Positions 39,409-51,646 of a stretch of 64,000 nucleotides of DNA are shown piece after piece; the stretch's first letter is position 1, and each line of letters starts with the position of its first letter. The position numbers were made by a program, and so were the translations under genes. The DNA lies in assembly GCA_964016885.1 (NCBI GenBank), contig OZ024742.1, forward strand, positions 361,956,001 through 362,020,000. Reading direction: 5' to 3'. This stretch comes from Eledone cirrhosa. Lineage: Eukaryota. The notes under the pieces were generated by a model. That model worked only from the letters and a program-made list of their open reading frames with translations, did no database searches and had not been told where the DNA came from.

Positions 39409-40448
39409 TCTATATATATAAAACTGTGGTTGTCTGTCTGTCTATCGATTTTTGGCACACATCTCCTCTTAGAATATCTCACGGAATTGCACCGAAATTG
39501 CTATACTTGTACATTGAGCCCTAGCGAAGACATCGGAAAAAAAATATTTCAAATTGACCCATCCTATGTGACGAAATCGAATATAATGTATCGATTTTTG
39601 AGCGTAAGTTATCAGTTATTTCCCTTTGTTCTGTTTACATTGAGCGTCTTACGTAAAAAATTACGCTGGCTTTCTCAGTCTTTGTTAATAAATAACCAGT
39701 GCAGTTTTTATCCCCAGCATCCTCTTTTGTTATAACATTCGGGTTATCGTTATGTTTTCTTAACTTCATAAGGCATATTGTTGGTTGAGGGAATATTAAT
39801 CAAAAACACCACATGCAAGTCTGCACAGTAGACACTACAGTTTTTAAGCCAAAAAAGAAACTTAACATTGTAACTTTAACACAGCTACTGAGCGACCCCG
39901 TTTTGCTTCATTTCCATTTAAAAGCATTTTAAAACAATATTTTTACTTGAAAACAAGTCTATTTAAAGACTACGTAAAACAAGCAAATATTTCGTCGTTA
40001 GGCGTGCAGACAGACAGTCGTGCAGACAGATAGTCGTGCAGAGAGGTGATATACGCGTGCAGACAGATAGTCGTGCAGAGAGGTGATATAGGCGTGCAGA
40101 CAGACAGTCGTGCAGAGAGGTGATATAGGCGTGCAGACAGACATAACTGATAATTTGGTTACGCTAATGTTTTTCTCTGCGTTGCAGTGTTTACATTTTC
40201 GATCTTTGTTAATAAATAACCAGTGCAGTTTCTATCCCCAGCATCCTCTTTTGTTATAACATTCGGGTTATCGTTATGTTTTCTTAACTTCATAAGGCAT
40301 ATTGTTGGTTGAGGGAATATTAATCAAAAACACCATATGCAAGTCTGCACAGTAGACACTACAGTTTTTAAGCCAAGAAAGAAACTTAACATTGTAACTT
40401 TAACACAGCTACTGAGCGACCCCGAGCAACGCCGGGCTTTACTGCTAG
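39409..40448 (+). mobile_element. Non-autonomous Helitron
   Basis: 5' a|TCtatatatataaaactg, 3' hairpin cccgagcaacgccggg (40421-40436), then CTAG|t (40445-40448). No TSD. Has an internal 222-bp direct repeat and a cgtgcaga minisatellite (40001-40140). Confidence 0.88.
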
Positions 40449-40459
40449 TATATATATAT

Positions 40460-40770
40460 AAACGAAGAATGATAACATTTCAAGCAAAGAGTTTAATTAG
40501 GTAATGACTTACAAATTTGTTTCAGTATATATTTAATATAATATTAATATATTTTGTAATATTATTAACTAATTATTATAATTAGCGCTTCAGGCTTTGT
40601 CTATATACTGAAACAAATTTGTAAGTCATTACCTAATTAAACTCTTTGCTTGAAATTTTATCACTCTTCGTTTTGAATTTCTCCTAAGTATTCAATACTC
40701 TGTTGAGAAATACATTTTACATAAACAGTCTTTGTACCATTTATACGGTATTAATTACTTATATTTATAT
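40460..40770 (+). mobile_element. 72-bp inverted repeat, probably an inverted/truncated Penelope-like pseudo-LTR
   Basis: Arms 40460-40531 and 40602-40673 (2 mismatches, 70-bp spacer). Each arm contains GAAAC-aaattt-GTA, a palindromic helix III-like half of a hammerhead, with no CTGANGA core. Confidence 0.5.
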
Positions 40771-40860
40771 ATATATATAGCGTATGATTAGAACTGTGTT
40801 TATTATTAATATTTTAATGGATTTAATGAAAAATTTTAGGTGTTCATATATATATTCTAA

Positions 40861-40920
40861 AAATGCGCGAAATCGTGAATCCGCGATAGTTGAACCGCCA
40901 AGTAGCGAGGTATCACTGTA
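40861..40920. mobile_element. pogo/Tigger-like terminal fragment
   Basis: Ends in ccgcgatagttgaaccgccaagtagcgaggtatcactg|ta; the reverse complement ta|cagtgatacctcgct is a Tigger-type terminus. Single end only. Confidence 0.6.
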
Positions 40921-40946
40921 TATATGTTTAAATATATAGTGTAGCT

Positions 40947-41411
40947 GTGATGTATCTCGCGAGTGAATCGAGACCTGTCACTGATTTTGGTGTCCCCACT
41001 GCCGATGTGAATGAGCAACGCTGCACTTGTGAATTGGGTCTTGATGTTGCAGGCAGTTCATATACTTACAATGATGCGGTCCCACAAGCTTGTTCACATT
41101 CCTGTGCTAATAATCTAGATGGGCGTATTAAATTGGATGTGAAAGCAGCTTACCGGATGCGGAATCGGGAGAAGTTGAGACAAAAACAGGCCGATTATAG
41201 AGCTGTGAATTTTGCTAAATTAACACAAAAACAGGCCAAGTATAGATGTTCAAAACGGTATGAGTTGGCAAACAAGCAGGCCAAGTATAGATCTGCAAAT
41301 TCAGCTATTATATCTCAAAAGCAAGCCGAGCGTAGAGCTTCTAAACGTACCGAGTTGGCTAAAGAGCAGACCAAGTACAGATCTGCAAATATCTTATTGC
41401 ACAAACAATAA
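40947..41411 (+). pseudogene. ORF fragment with basic 15-aa tandem repeats, probably transposon-derived (Helitron RepHel N-terminus-like)
   Basis: KLRQKQADYRAVNFA / KLTQKQAKYRCSKRY / ELANKQAKYRSANSA / IISQKQAERRASKRT / ELAKEQTKYRSANIL. The repeat is clearer in the protein than in the DNA. No catalytic domain seen. Confidence 0.4.
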
Positions 41412-41570
41412 TTCTGCACAAATGTTGCTCCATTATTAGATCTAATGTTGCAACGATACAGTTAAATGTTGTCTGTGTATTTTAAAAAAGATTTGCTTAT
41501 AATCTTTTCAAATTTCATTACGCCAATGATTCAAGCTCAAATTGACATTATCTAAAAAATTGTACAAACA

Positions 41571-42911
41571 GCGGTGGATTAGCAGTAGTGAACAGATAAA
41601 TCAGTCAATGTATTAAGATTGACTTGGCATCAATCAGCAAGACCTTCATTAGCTGCTCTCCAGCCATCTATTTAAAGCTGTATACATCTATGGTACGAAT
41701 ACACTTGGAGTTCGCGTCATCAGTCTGGAACCCCTATCTTGCTCAGAACATTGACCTCCTGGAAACTGTTCAGAGACATGCAACCAAGCGCATACCCTCC
41801 ATCAGACACCTACCATACCCTGAATATTTTGCTTCCCTCTGGCAATGGACTTGGTAAACACCCACAAAGTTATTAACCATCCGACCAACAACAACCCCGA
41901 ACACCTTTTTGATCTCCATGTGTCTAACACGTGGACATGCCTACAAAGTCAGAAAACAACACAGCTCCCATGACTTTAGGAAATATTTCTTCATGCTCAG
42001 AGTTGCTGAAGGATGGAACAAACTTCCTGCATCAGTTGTTAGCTGATGACACACTGCATCCTTTAAAACCATCATACATTCCGAAATACACCAAAACTAC
42101 ACCTGATGTCCCCCTTCCATACACATGCACATATGTGTATATCATGACTCATGCACTGTTCTTTTTTCATGACGTTTTTATATTACCCTATGTATTATAT
42201 ATGCACTTTTGATGAGTTGTAGTGCACCTCAGCATTGTACACAATATTTTCATTATTATTATCATTATTATTATTACACTCATTGATCCATTTTGCACTA
42301 ACTCTGCATCAAGCACCCTCACCTAAATATTAACCAATCAAGGATCCAATACAGCTATCTGTTGGATGAGTATTGTATAGTGCCCAAAACGAAACCAATC
42401 AGTTTAGCAGAAAGTTTCCAGACAAGAAACACGCATATTTTGCTATCCTCAAACACGTTTACACATGGCATGAAATATAACTAATCCGAGATGGCTAGGT
42501 TTCATCTTCTAACTGGATATACGAAATCCATTATGTCTTGACAACAACATGAGGTAACATTATGTTATTCACAGACACACTTTGTACACTGTTCCATATC
42601 AGAATGTATTTCCTTCGTCACATTCACAAACAGTATTGAAAATATGTTCTTCGGCAAATAAAAATGTTTTGTTCATAATATTTCAACTAGCGATTGCTCT
42701 ACTCCACGCACGACCACCATAAATTAATGACCAGCTCAACACAAGTATTGGTAGAGCGTCAGACACCATGCTTTGCAGTATTGTTATGGTCCTTTGCATT
42801 CTAAGTTCAAATCCTGCCGAGGTTAACTTCGACTTTCATACTTACTAATTCGATAAAATAAAGTACCAGTAATGGACTGCCGTAATGGATTTGTGCCGAA
42901 AAATAGAAACA
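41571..42911 (+). mobile_element. SINE split by a ~1.16-kb insertion (5' piece 41571-41587, 3' piece 42744-42911)
   Basis: gcggtggattagcagta joins agtattggtagagcgtcagacaccatgc...gttcaaatcc...gaaaca to rebuild the SINE seen at 38940; agta is present at both junctions. Confidence 0.75.
41623..42276 (+). mobile_element. 5'-truncated, degenerate CR1-type LINE 3' end
   Basis: Encodes LYTSMVRIHLEFASSVWNPY...LETVQRHATK (CR1-like RT C-terminus) with frameshifts, followed by a 3' UTR and (ATT)n tail. Homologous to 61882-62559. Confidence 0.88.
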
Positions 42912-43461
42912 CTATTAATGTGCAATAAGAGCAAAATATAACGACATTGCTCAATTATTTTATCTAATGTTGTAATAACACAAGGAAATGTTGTTTGTGT
43001 ATTTTTTTTTATATTTGCTCATAGGCTTTTACAATTTCGCTCAGCCAACAACTATTAAAAAGTGAGTTGCTTAAGATAACAATTTAATCACAAATTGTTG
43101 CTATCTTTTAATACACTCCAACAAGTCATCAAATTATGTACAATAAAAACAAATCTTATTAATTTGCTCAGGGAATATAAAGAAAATGTATATACACTGA
43201 TAATTGCAATGTAAATATTTTGTTTTGTATTGTTTATTTTATGTTTTCTATTATGTATAATATATTGATTTAATATTGATTGTTTTTTGTAGTTGTTTAT
43301 ATTAAAAGTCTGAAAATATTTTTATACATCTTACACTAATATTTATAAGATAATTTATAATAACAATTACATAATCTAATTACATTACAACGATAATTTA
43401 TTATTAATATATATCCTGTTTAACTAGAGTTATTACAAGCGTTGCCTTAAAAAAATATTAA

Positions 43462-44418
43462 ACTAGACATGAAAAATGCGCAAGCTCAAAGGTGCCACAG
43501 AATGTTATAATAAACCTTCAAAAGTGTGGGACTAGAGTTGTTGCTAAAAAATATTGTAATCATTATATATCGTACATTCTGTGGCATCCTTTATAAAAAT
43601 AGCTTAAACCAACGAAGCCTTTATTTTTACGCTATTTCACTTAGTTAATTCTTAGAGTGTAACATATAAAAATAAATACATCTATGTTTAATGTAATAAC
43701 AGCTATAAATAATTACGTAATATTATTATCATATACTCATAGTAACAAAATAATCGTGTTGAAAATTAATATGATGCTTATATGAACGATCAAATCTATA
43801 ATGATAATTTCTTAAATATACTAATAGTAAAATAATTTAGTTATCTATTGTTACATTTTCATAGAACTATAATATTAACAATCGTATTGCATTATCAAAT
43901 TTTTATCACTACAAACTTTCATATTGGAATTACCTTAAGCCACTTATTATTACTTCGCTTTCGTACTTTTACAGCTGTAGATATTGCGCTGTATCTTATA
44001 TCTAATATCAATATCTCATGGTAATTTGCATGCAGTGTAAAATAGGTTTATTAATAACTTTAATATGAAATGTATTATACAGGGCTGCGGAGTCGGCCAA
44101 AAATTGACTGGCTCCAACTCAGGATCCGATACTCCATTATTTCCTAAATTTCAGCTCCGCAGCTCTGTTATTATATTAATTAATTTATTTTATAGTTGTA
44201 AATCATATTTTTATATGTTACACTCTAAGAATTAACTAAGTGAAATAGCGTAAAAATAAAGGCTTCGTTGGTTTAAGCTATTTTTATAAAGGATGCCACA
44301 GATTGTACGATATATAATGATTACAATATTTTTTAGCAACAACTCTAGTCCCACACTTTTGAAGGTTTATTATAACATTCTGTGGCACCTTTGAGCTTGC
44401 GCATTTTTCATGTCTAGT
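43462..44418. mobile_element. Non-autonomous foldback/MITE element with 213-bp terminal inverted repeats
   Basis: TIRs at 43462-43674 and 44206-44418 (one mismatch seen). Termini actagacatg...catgtctagt, AT-rich non-coding interior. TSD unclear (aa on the left, ta on the right of the CTAG ends). Confidence 0.9.
44080..44167. mobile_element. 88-bp hAT-type MITE nested in the foldback element
   Basis: TIRs cagggctgcggag / ctccgcagctctg (12 of 13 match). 8-bp flanks gtattata / ttattata (7 of 8 match). Confidence 0.8.
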
Positions 44419-47400
44419 ATATATATATTTAGACATCTCCCCAACCGTAGCTCTGCCTAATCTAATGTATATATCAATATTCAGACATCTCCCCACTGTA
44501 ACTGTGCCTAGTATAATGTATATATCAATATTTAGTCATCTCCCCCACTGTAGCTCTGCCTAATCTAATGTATATATATATATTTAGACATCTCCCCCAC
44601 TGTAGCTCTGCCAAATAGAATGTATATATCAATATTTAGACATCTCCCCACTGTAGCTCTGACAAATATAATGTATATATCAATATTTAGACATCTCCCC
44701 AGTGTAGTTCTGCCTAATCTAATGTATATATCAACATTTAGACATCTCCCCTCTGTAGCTCTGCCTAATCTAATGTATATATCAATATTTAGACATCTCC
44801 CCCACTATAGCTCTGTCTAATCTAATGTATATATATCTATAATTAGACATCTCCCCCACAGTAGCTCTGCCTAATATAATGTATATATCAGTATTTAGAC
44901 ATCTCCCCCACTGTAACTCTGTCTAATCTAATGTATATATCAATATTCAGAATTCTCCCCACTGTAACTCTGCCTAATATAATGTATATATCAATATTTA
45001 GACATCTCCCCCACTGTAGCTCTGCCTAATATAATGTATATATCAATATTTAGACATCTCCCCCACTGTAGCTCCGCCTAATCTAATGTACAAATCAATA
45101 TTAAAGACATCTCCCCACTGTAGCTCTGACAAATATAATGTATATATATATATTTAGACATCTCCCCCATAGTAGCTCTGCCTAATGTAATGTATATATG
45201 TATATTTAGACATCTCTCCACCGTAGCTCTGCCAAATATAATGTATATATATATATTTAGACATCTCCCCCACTGTAACTCTGTCTAATATAATGTATAT
45301 ATCAATATTTAGTCATCACCCCCACCGTAGCTCTGCCTAATCTAATGTATATATCAATATTTAGACATCTCCCCATTGTAACTCTGCCTGATCTATTGTA
45401 TATATCAATATTTAGACATCTCGCCTACTGTAGCTCTGCCTAATATAATGTATATATCAATATTTAGACATCTCCCCCACTGTAGCTCTGTCTAATCTAA
45501 TGTATATATCAATATTTAGACATCTCCCCCACTGTAACTCTGCCTAATGTAATGTATATATCTATATTTAGACATTTCACCACAGTAGCTCTGCCTAATA
45601 TAATGTATATATCAATATTTAGACATTTCACCACAGTAGCTCTGCCTAATATAATGTATATATCAATATTTAGACATTTCACCACAGTAGCTCTGCCTAA
45701 TCTAATGTATATATCATTATTTAGTCATCTTCCCCACTGTAGCTCTGCCTAATCTAATGTATATATAAATATTTAGACATCTCCCCACTGTAACTTTGTC
45801 TAATCTAATGTATATATCAATATTTAGACATCTCCCCCACTGTAGCTCTGCCTAATATAATGTATATATCAATATTTAGACATTTCACCACAGTAGCTCT
45901 GCCTAATATAATGTATATATCAATATTTAGACATTTCACCACAGTAGCTCTGCCTAATCTAATGTATATATCATTATTTAGTCATCTACCCCAATGTAAC
46001 TCTGCCTAATCTAATGTATATATCATTATTTAGTCATCTCCCCCACTGTAGCTCTGCCTAATATAATGTATATATCAACATTTAGACATTTCCCCACTGT
46101 AACTCTGCCTTATATAATGTATATATCTATATTTAGACATCTCCCACTGTAGCTCTGCCTAATATAATGTATATATCTATATTTAGACATCTCCCCCACT
46201 GTAGCTCTGTCTAATATAATGTATATATCTATTTTTAGACATCTCCCCCACTGTAACTCTGTCTAATCTAATGTATATATCAATATTTAGACATCTCCCC
46301 AGTGTAGCTCTGCCTAATCTAATGTATATATCAACATTTAGACATCTCCCCACTGTAGCTCTGTCTAATCTAATGTATATATATCAATATTTAGACATCT
46401 CCCCCACAGTAGCTCTGTCTAATATAATGTATATACCAATATTTGGACATCTCCCCCAATGTAGCTCTGCCTAATATAATGTATATATCAATATTTAGAC
46501 ATCTCCCCAGTGTAGCTCTGCCTAATCTAATGTATATATCAACATTTAGACATCTCCCCACTGTAGCTCTGTCTAATCTAATGTATATATCAACATTTAG
46601 ACATCTCCCCACAGTAGCTCTGTCTAATATAATGTATATATCAATATTTGGACATCTTCCCCACTATAGCTTTGTCTAATCTAATGTATATATATCTATA
46701 TATAGACATCTCCCCCACTATAGCTCTGTCTAATCTAATGTATATATATCTATAATTAGACATCTCCCCCACAGTAGCTCTGCCTAATTTTAATGTATAT
46801 ATCAGTATTTAGACATCTCCCCCACTGTAACTCTGTCTAATCTAATGTATATATCAATATTCAGACTTCTCCCCACTGTAACTCTGCCTAATCTAATGTA
46901 TACATCAATATTTAGACATCTCCCCACTGTAGCTCTGCCTAATCTAATGTATATATCAATATTTAAACATCTCCCCCACAGTAGCTCTGTCTAATCTAAT
47001 GTATATATCTAAATCTAATGTATATATCTATATTTAGACATCTCCCCACTGCAAATCTGCCAAAAATAACGTATATATCAATATTTAGACATGTCCCCCA
47101 CAGTAGCTCTGCCTAATATAATGTATATATCAATATTTAGACATCTCCTCCACCGTAGCTCTGCCTAATATAATGTATATATCAATATTTAGACATGTCC
47201 CCCACTGTAACTCTGCCAAATATAATGTATATATCAATATTTAGACATCTCCCCCACTGTAGCTCTGCCTAATATAATGTATATATCTATATTTTGACAT
47301 CTCCTCCACCGTAGCTCTGCCGAATATAATGTATATATCAATATTTAGACATGTCCCCCACTGTAGCTCTGCCTAATCTAACGTATATATATATATTTAG

Positions 47401-47750
47401 ACATCTTCCCTACTGTAATTCTGTCTAATCTAATGTATATATATATATATAGACATCTTCCCCACAGTAGCTCTGCCTAATATAATGTATATACCAGTAT
47501 TTAGACATCTCCCCCACTGTAGCTCTGTCTAATCTAATGTATATATATCAATATTTAGACATCTCCCCCACTGTACCTCTGTCTAATATAATGTATATAT
47601 CAATATTTAGATATCTCATCCACTGTAGCTCTGTCTAATCTAATGTATATATATCAATATTTAGACATCTCCCCCACAGTAGCTCTGTCTAATATAATGT
47701 ATATATATAATATATATAATGTATATATTATATATATATAATGTATATAT

Positions 47751-48456
47751 TCTCTCAACGAATCACACTTGATCATATTTCTCTATCCTGTTTTCTCCCC
47801 CCATAATTATTATATTTTTATTATTTTTTATTATTGTTTGAAAAAAATCGTTTTTTTTTACATTGTGTTTTCCCCTCCAAATATTCGCTTATATTTCCTT
47901 ATATATTCTTTATATATTTTTTATCTTTATTATTATTTCCACTTTTATCCTCCTTTATATTTTACCTCATTCTTACCTTTATACCTTATTATAGTGTAAT
48001 CTTCCCCATGCCTTATTATACACTATTAATTATAGATTATTATTATTACTCTTTTTCCATTTCTAATTACCTCATGTACCTTCTCCTCCGCTATATGTAT
48101 ATATGTATTCTACGCCGTTTGTGTTTGTGTAGCCTCTGCGCACCCTCTGCACCATACTATCCACGCCACCCCATCTATGGTTCAGCTAACCACCCGACCC
48201 CCGGGAATGAATATGACCGCAGCTAGTAAACAAGGACCAACACCCCACCCTCCCGCACCAAAATTAGACTTATCGTCCCCTACTTTTGCTCTTTACTCTC
48301 TTTACTCTTTGTTCTTGGGTGTTTGGTTGGTAGAGTCCATAACACCAATCAAACCCCTTTTATAGCTCTGATGATTCCTACGGTTACACGTAAGGAAGAA
48401 ACATTGTTAGCCAATAAAAATCTTTTGATGTTGTAGACGCTCTTGTGTTCTTTTTC
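47751..48456 (+). mobile_element. 706-bp hammerhead-bearing Penelope-like/retrozyme-like element, copy 1
   Basis: T-rich non-coding body, hammerhead near the 3' end followed by AATAAA and a T-rich terminus. Flanked by atataatgtatatat (47736-47750 and 48457-48471). Confidence 0.75.
48358..48419 (+). ncRNA. Type I hammerhead ribozyme, copy 1
   Basis: Helix I ttttat-a-gct / agc-ca-ataaaa; core CTGATGA (48368-48374); helix II ttcc-tacg / cgta-a-ggaa with loop gttaca; GAAA (48398-48401); minimal helix III c-att-g; predicted cleavage triplet GUU, cut after 48408. Confidence 0.8.
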
Positions 48457-51400
48457 ATATAATGTATATATCAATATTTGGATATCTCCCCCACTATAGC
48501 TCTGTCTAATACAATGTATATATCAATATTTAGACATCTCCCCCACTGTAGCTCTGCCTAATATAATGTATATATCAATATTTAGACATCTCCCCCACTA
48601 TAGGTCTGTCTAATCTAATGTATATATATCTATATTTAGACATCTCCCCCACTGTAGCTCTGCCTAATATAATGTATATATCAATATTTAGACATCTCCC
48701 CCACTATAGCTCTGTCTAATCTAATGTATATATATCTATAATTAGACATCTCCCCCACAGTAGCTCTGCCTAATTTTAATGTATATATCAGTATTTAGAC
48801 ATCTCCCCCACTGTAACTCTGTCTAATCTAATGTATATATCAATATTCAGACTTCTCCCCACTGTAACTCTGCCTAATCTAATGTATATATCAATATTTA
48901 GACATCTCCCCACTGTAGCTCTGCCTAATCTAATGTATATATCAATATTTAAACATCTCCCCCACAGTAGCTCTGTCTAATCTAATGTATATATCTAAAT
49001 CTAATGTATATATCTATATTTAGACATCTCCCCACTGCAAATCTGCCAAAAATAACGTATATATCAATATTTAGACATCTCCCCCACTGTAACTCCACCT
49101 AATCTAATGTACATATCAATATTTAGACATCTCCTCCACCGTAGCTCTGCCTAATATAATGTATATATCAATATTTAGACATGTCCCCCACAGTAGCTCT
49201 GCCTAATATAATGTATATATCAATATTTAGACATGTCCCCCACCGTAGCTCTGCCTAATCTAATGTATATATATATATTTAGACATCTTCCCCACTGTAA
49301 TTCTGTCTAATCTAATGTATATATATATATATAGACATCTTCCCCACAGTAGCTCTGCCTAATATAATGTATATACCAGTATTTAGACATCTCCCCCACT
49401 GTAGCTCTGTCTAATCTAATGTATATATATCAATATTTAGACATCTCCCCCACTGTACCTCTGTCTAATATAATGTATATATCAATATTTAGATATCTCA
49501 TCCACTGTAGCTCTGTCTAATCTAATGTATATATCTATATTTAGACATCTCCCCACTGCAAATCTGCCAAATATAATGTATATATCAATATTTAGACATC
49601 TCCTCCACTGTAGCTCTGCCTAATGTAATGGATATATCTATATTTAGACATCTCCCCCACTGTAGCTCTGCCTAATCTAATGTATATATCAATATTTAGA
49701 CATCTCCCCAGTGTAGCTCTGCCTAATCTAATGTATATATCAATATTTAGACATCATCCCACTGTAACTCCGCCTAATGTAATGTATATATCTATATTTA
49801 GACATCTCCCACTGTAGCTCTGCCTAATATAATGTATATATCAATATTTAGACATTTCACCACAGTAGCTCTGCCTAATATAATGTATATATTAATATTT
49901 AGACATCTCCCCCACTGTAGCTCTGCCTAATCTAATGTATATATCAATATTTAGACATCATCCCACTGTGACTCTGCCTATTCTAATGTATATATCATTA
50001 TTTAGTCATCTTCCCCACTGTAGCTCTGCCTAATCTAATGTATATATCAATATTCAGACATCTCCCCCATTGTAACTCTGCCTAATATAATGTATATATC
50101 AATATTTAGTCATCTCCCCCACTGTAGCTCTGCCTAATCTAATGTATATATATATATTTAGACATCTCCCCCACTGTAGCTCTGCCAAATATAATGTATA
50201 TATCATTATTTAACATCTCCCCCACTATAGCTCTGTCTAATCTAATGTATATATCAATATTTAGACATCTTCCCCACTGTAACTCTGCCAAATACAATGT
50301 ATATATCAATATTTAGAAATCTCCCACTGTAGCTCTGCCAAAATATAATGTATATATCAATATTTAGACATCTCTCCCACTGTAACTCTGTCTAATCTAA
50401 TGTATATATATATATTTAGACATCTCCCCCACAGTTGCTCTGCCTAATATAATGTATATATCAACATTTAGACATCTCCCCACTGCAGCTCTGCCAAATA
50501 TAATGTATATATCAACATTTAGACATCCCCCCACTGTAACTCTGTCTAATATAATATATATATCTATATTTAGACATCTCCCACTGTAGCTCTGCCTAAT
50601 ATAATGTATATATCTATATTTAGACATCTCCCCCACTGTAGCTCTGTCCAATATAATGTATATATCTATTTTTAGACATCTCCCCCACTGCAACTCTGTC
50701 TAATCTAATGTATATATCAATATTTAGACATCTCCCCCACTGTAGCTCCGCCTAATCTAATGTATATATCAATATTTAGACATCTCCCCCACAGTAGCTC
50801 TGTCTAATATAATGTATATATCTATATTTAGACATCTCCCCCACTGTAGCTCCGCCTAATCTAATGTATATATCAATATTTGGACATCTCCCCCACTATA
50901 GCTCTGTCTAATCTAATGTATATATATCTATATTTAGACATCTCCCCCACTGTAGCTCCGCCTAATCTAATGTATATATCAATATTTGGACATCTCCCCA
51001 CTATAGCTCTGTCTAATCTAATGTATATATCAATATTTAGACATCATCCCACTGTAACTCCGCCTAATCTAATGTATATATATATATTTAGACATCTCCC
51101 CCACTGTAGCTCTGCCTAATATAATGTATATATCAATATTTAGACATGTCCCCCACTGTAGCTCTGCCTAATCTAATGTATATATCAATATTTAGACATC
51201 TCCCCCACTGTAGCTCTGCCTAATCTAACGTATATATATATATTTAGACATCTTCCCCACTGTAATTCTGTCTAATCTAATGTATATATATATATTTAGA
51301 CATCTTCCCCACTGTAATTCTGCCTAATGTAATGTATATATCAATATTTAGACATCTCCCCCACTGTAACTCTGCCTAATGTAATGTATATATCAATATT

Positions 51401-51646
51401 TAGACATCTCCCCCACTGTAACTCTGCCTAATGTAATGTATATATCAATATTTAGACATCATCCCACTGTAACTCCGCCTAATCTAATGTATATATCATT
51501 ATTTAGTCATCTTCCCCACTGTAGCTCTGCCTAATCTAATGTATATATATCAATATTTAGACATCTCCCCCACAGTAGCTCTGTCTAATATAATGTATAT
51601 ATATAATATATATAATGTATATATTATATATATATAATGTATATAT

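Noticed and set aside
37710-39735. ORFs with poly-(YI) and hydrophobic runs
   Set aside because: They derive from (AT)n/(CT)n microsatellites and low-complexity sequence.
47769-48365. F/Y/I-rich ORFs in the hammerhead element (also in copies 2 and 3)
   Set aside because: T-rich compositional artefact with no RT or GIY-YIG motifs; conservation only reflects recent duplication.
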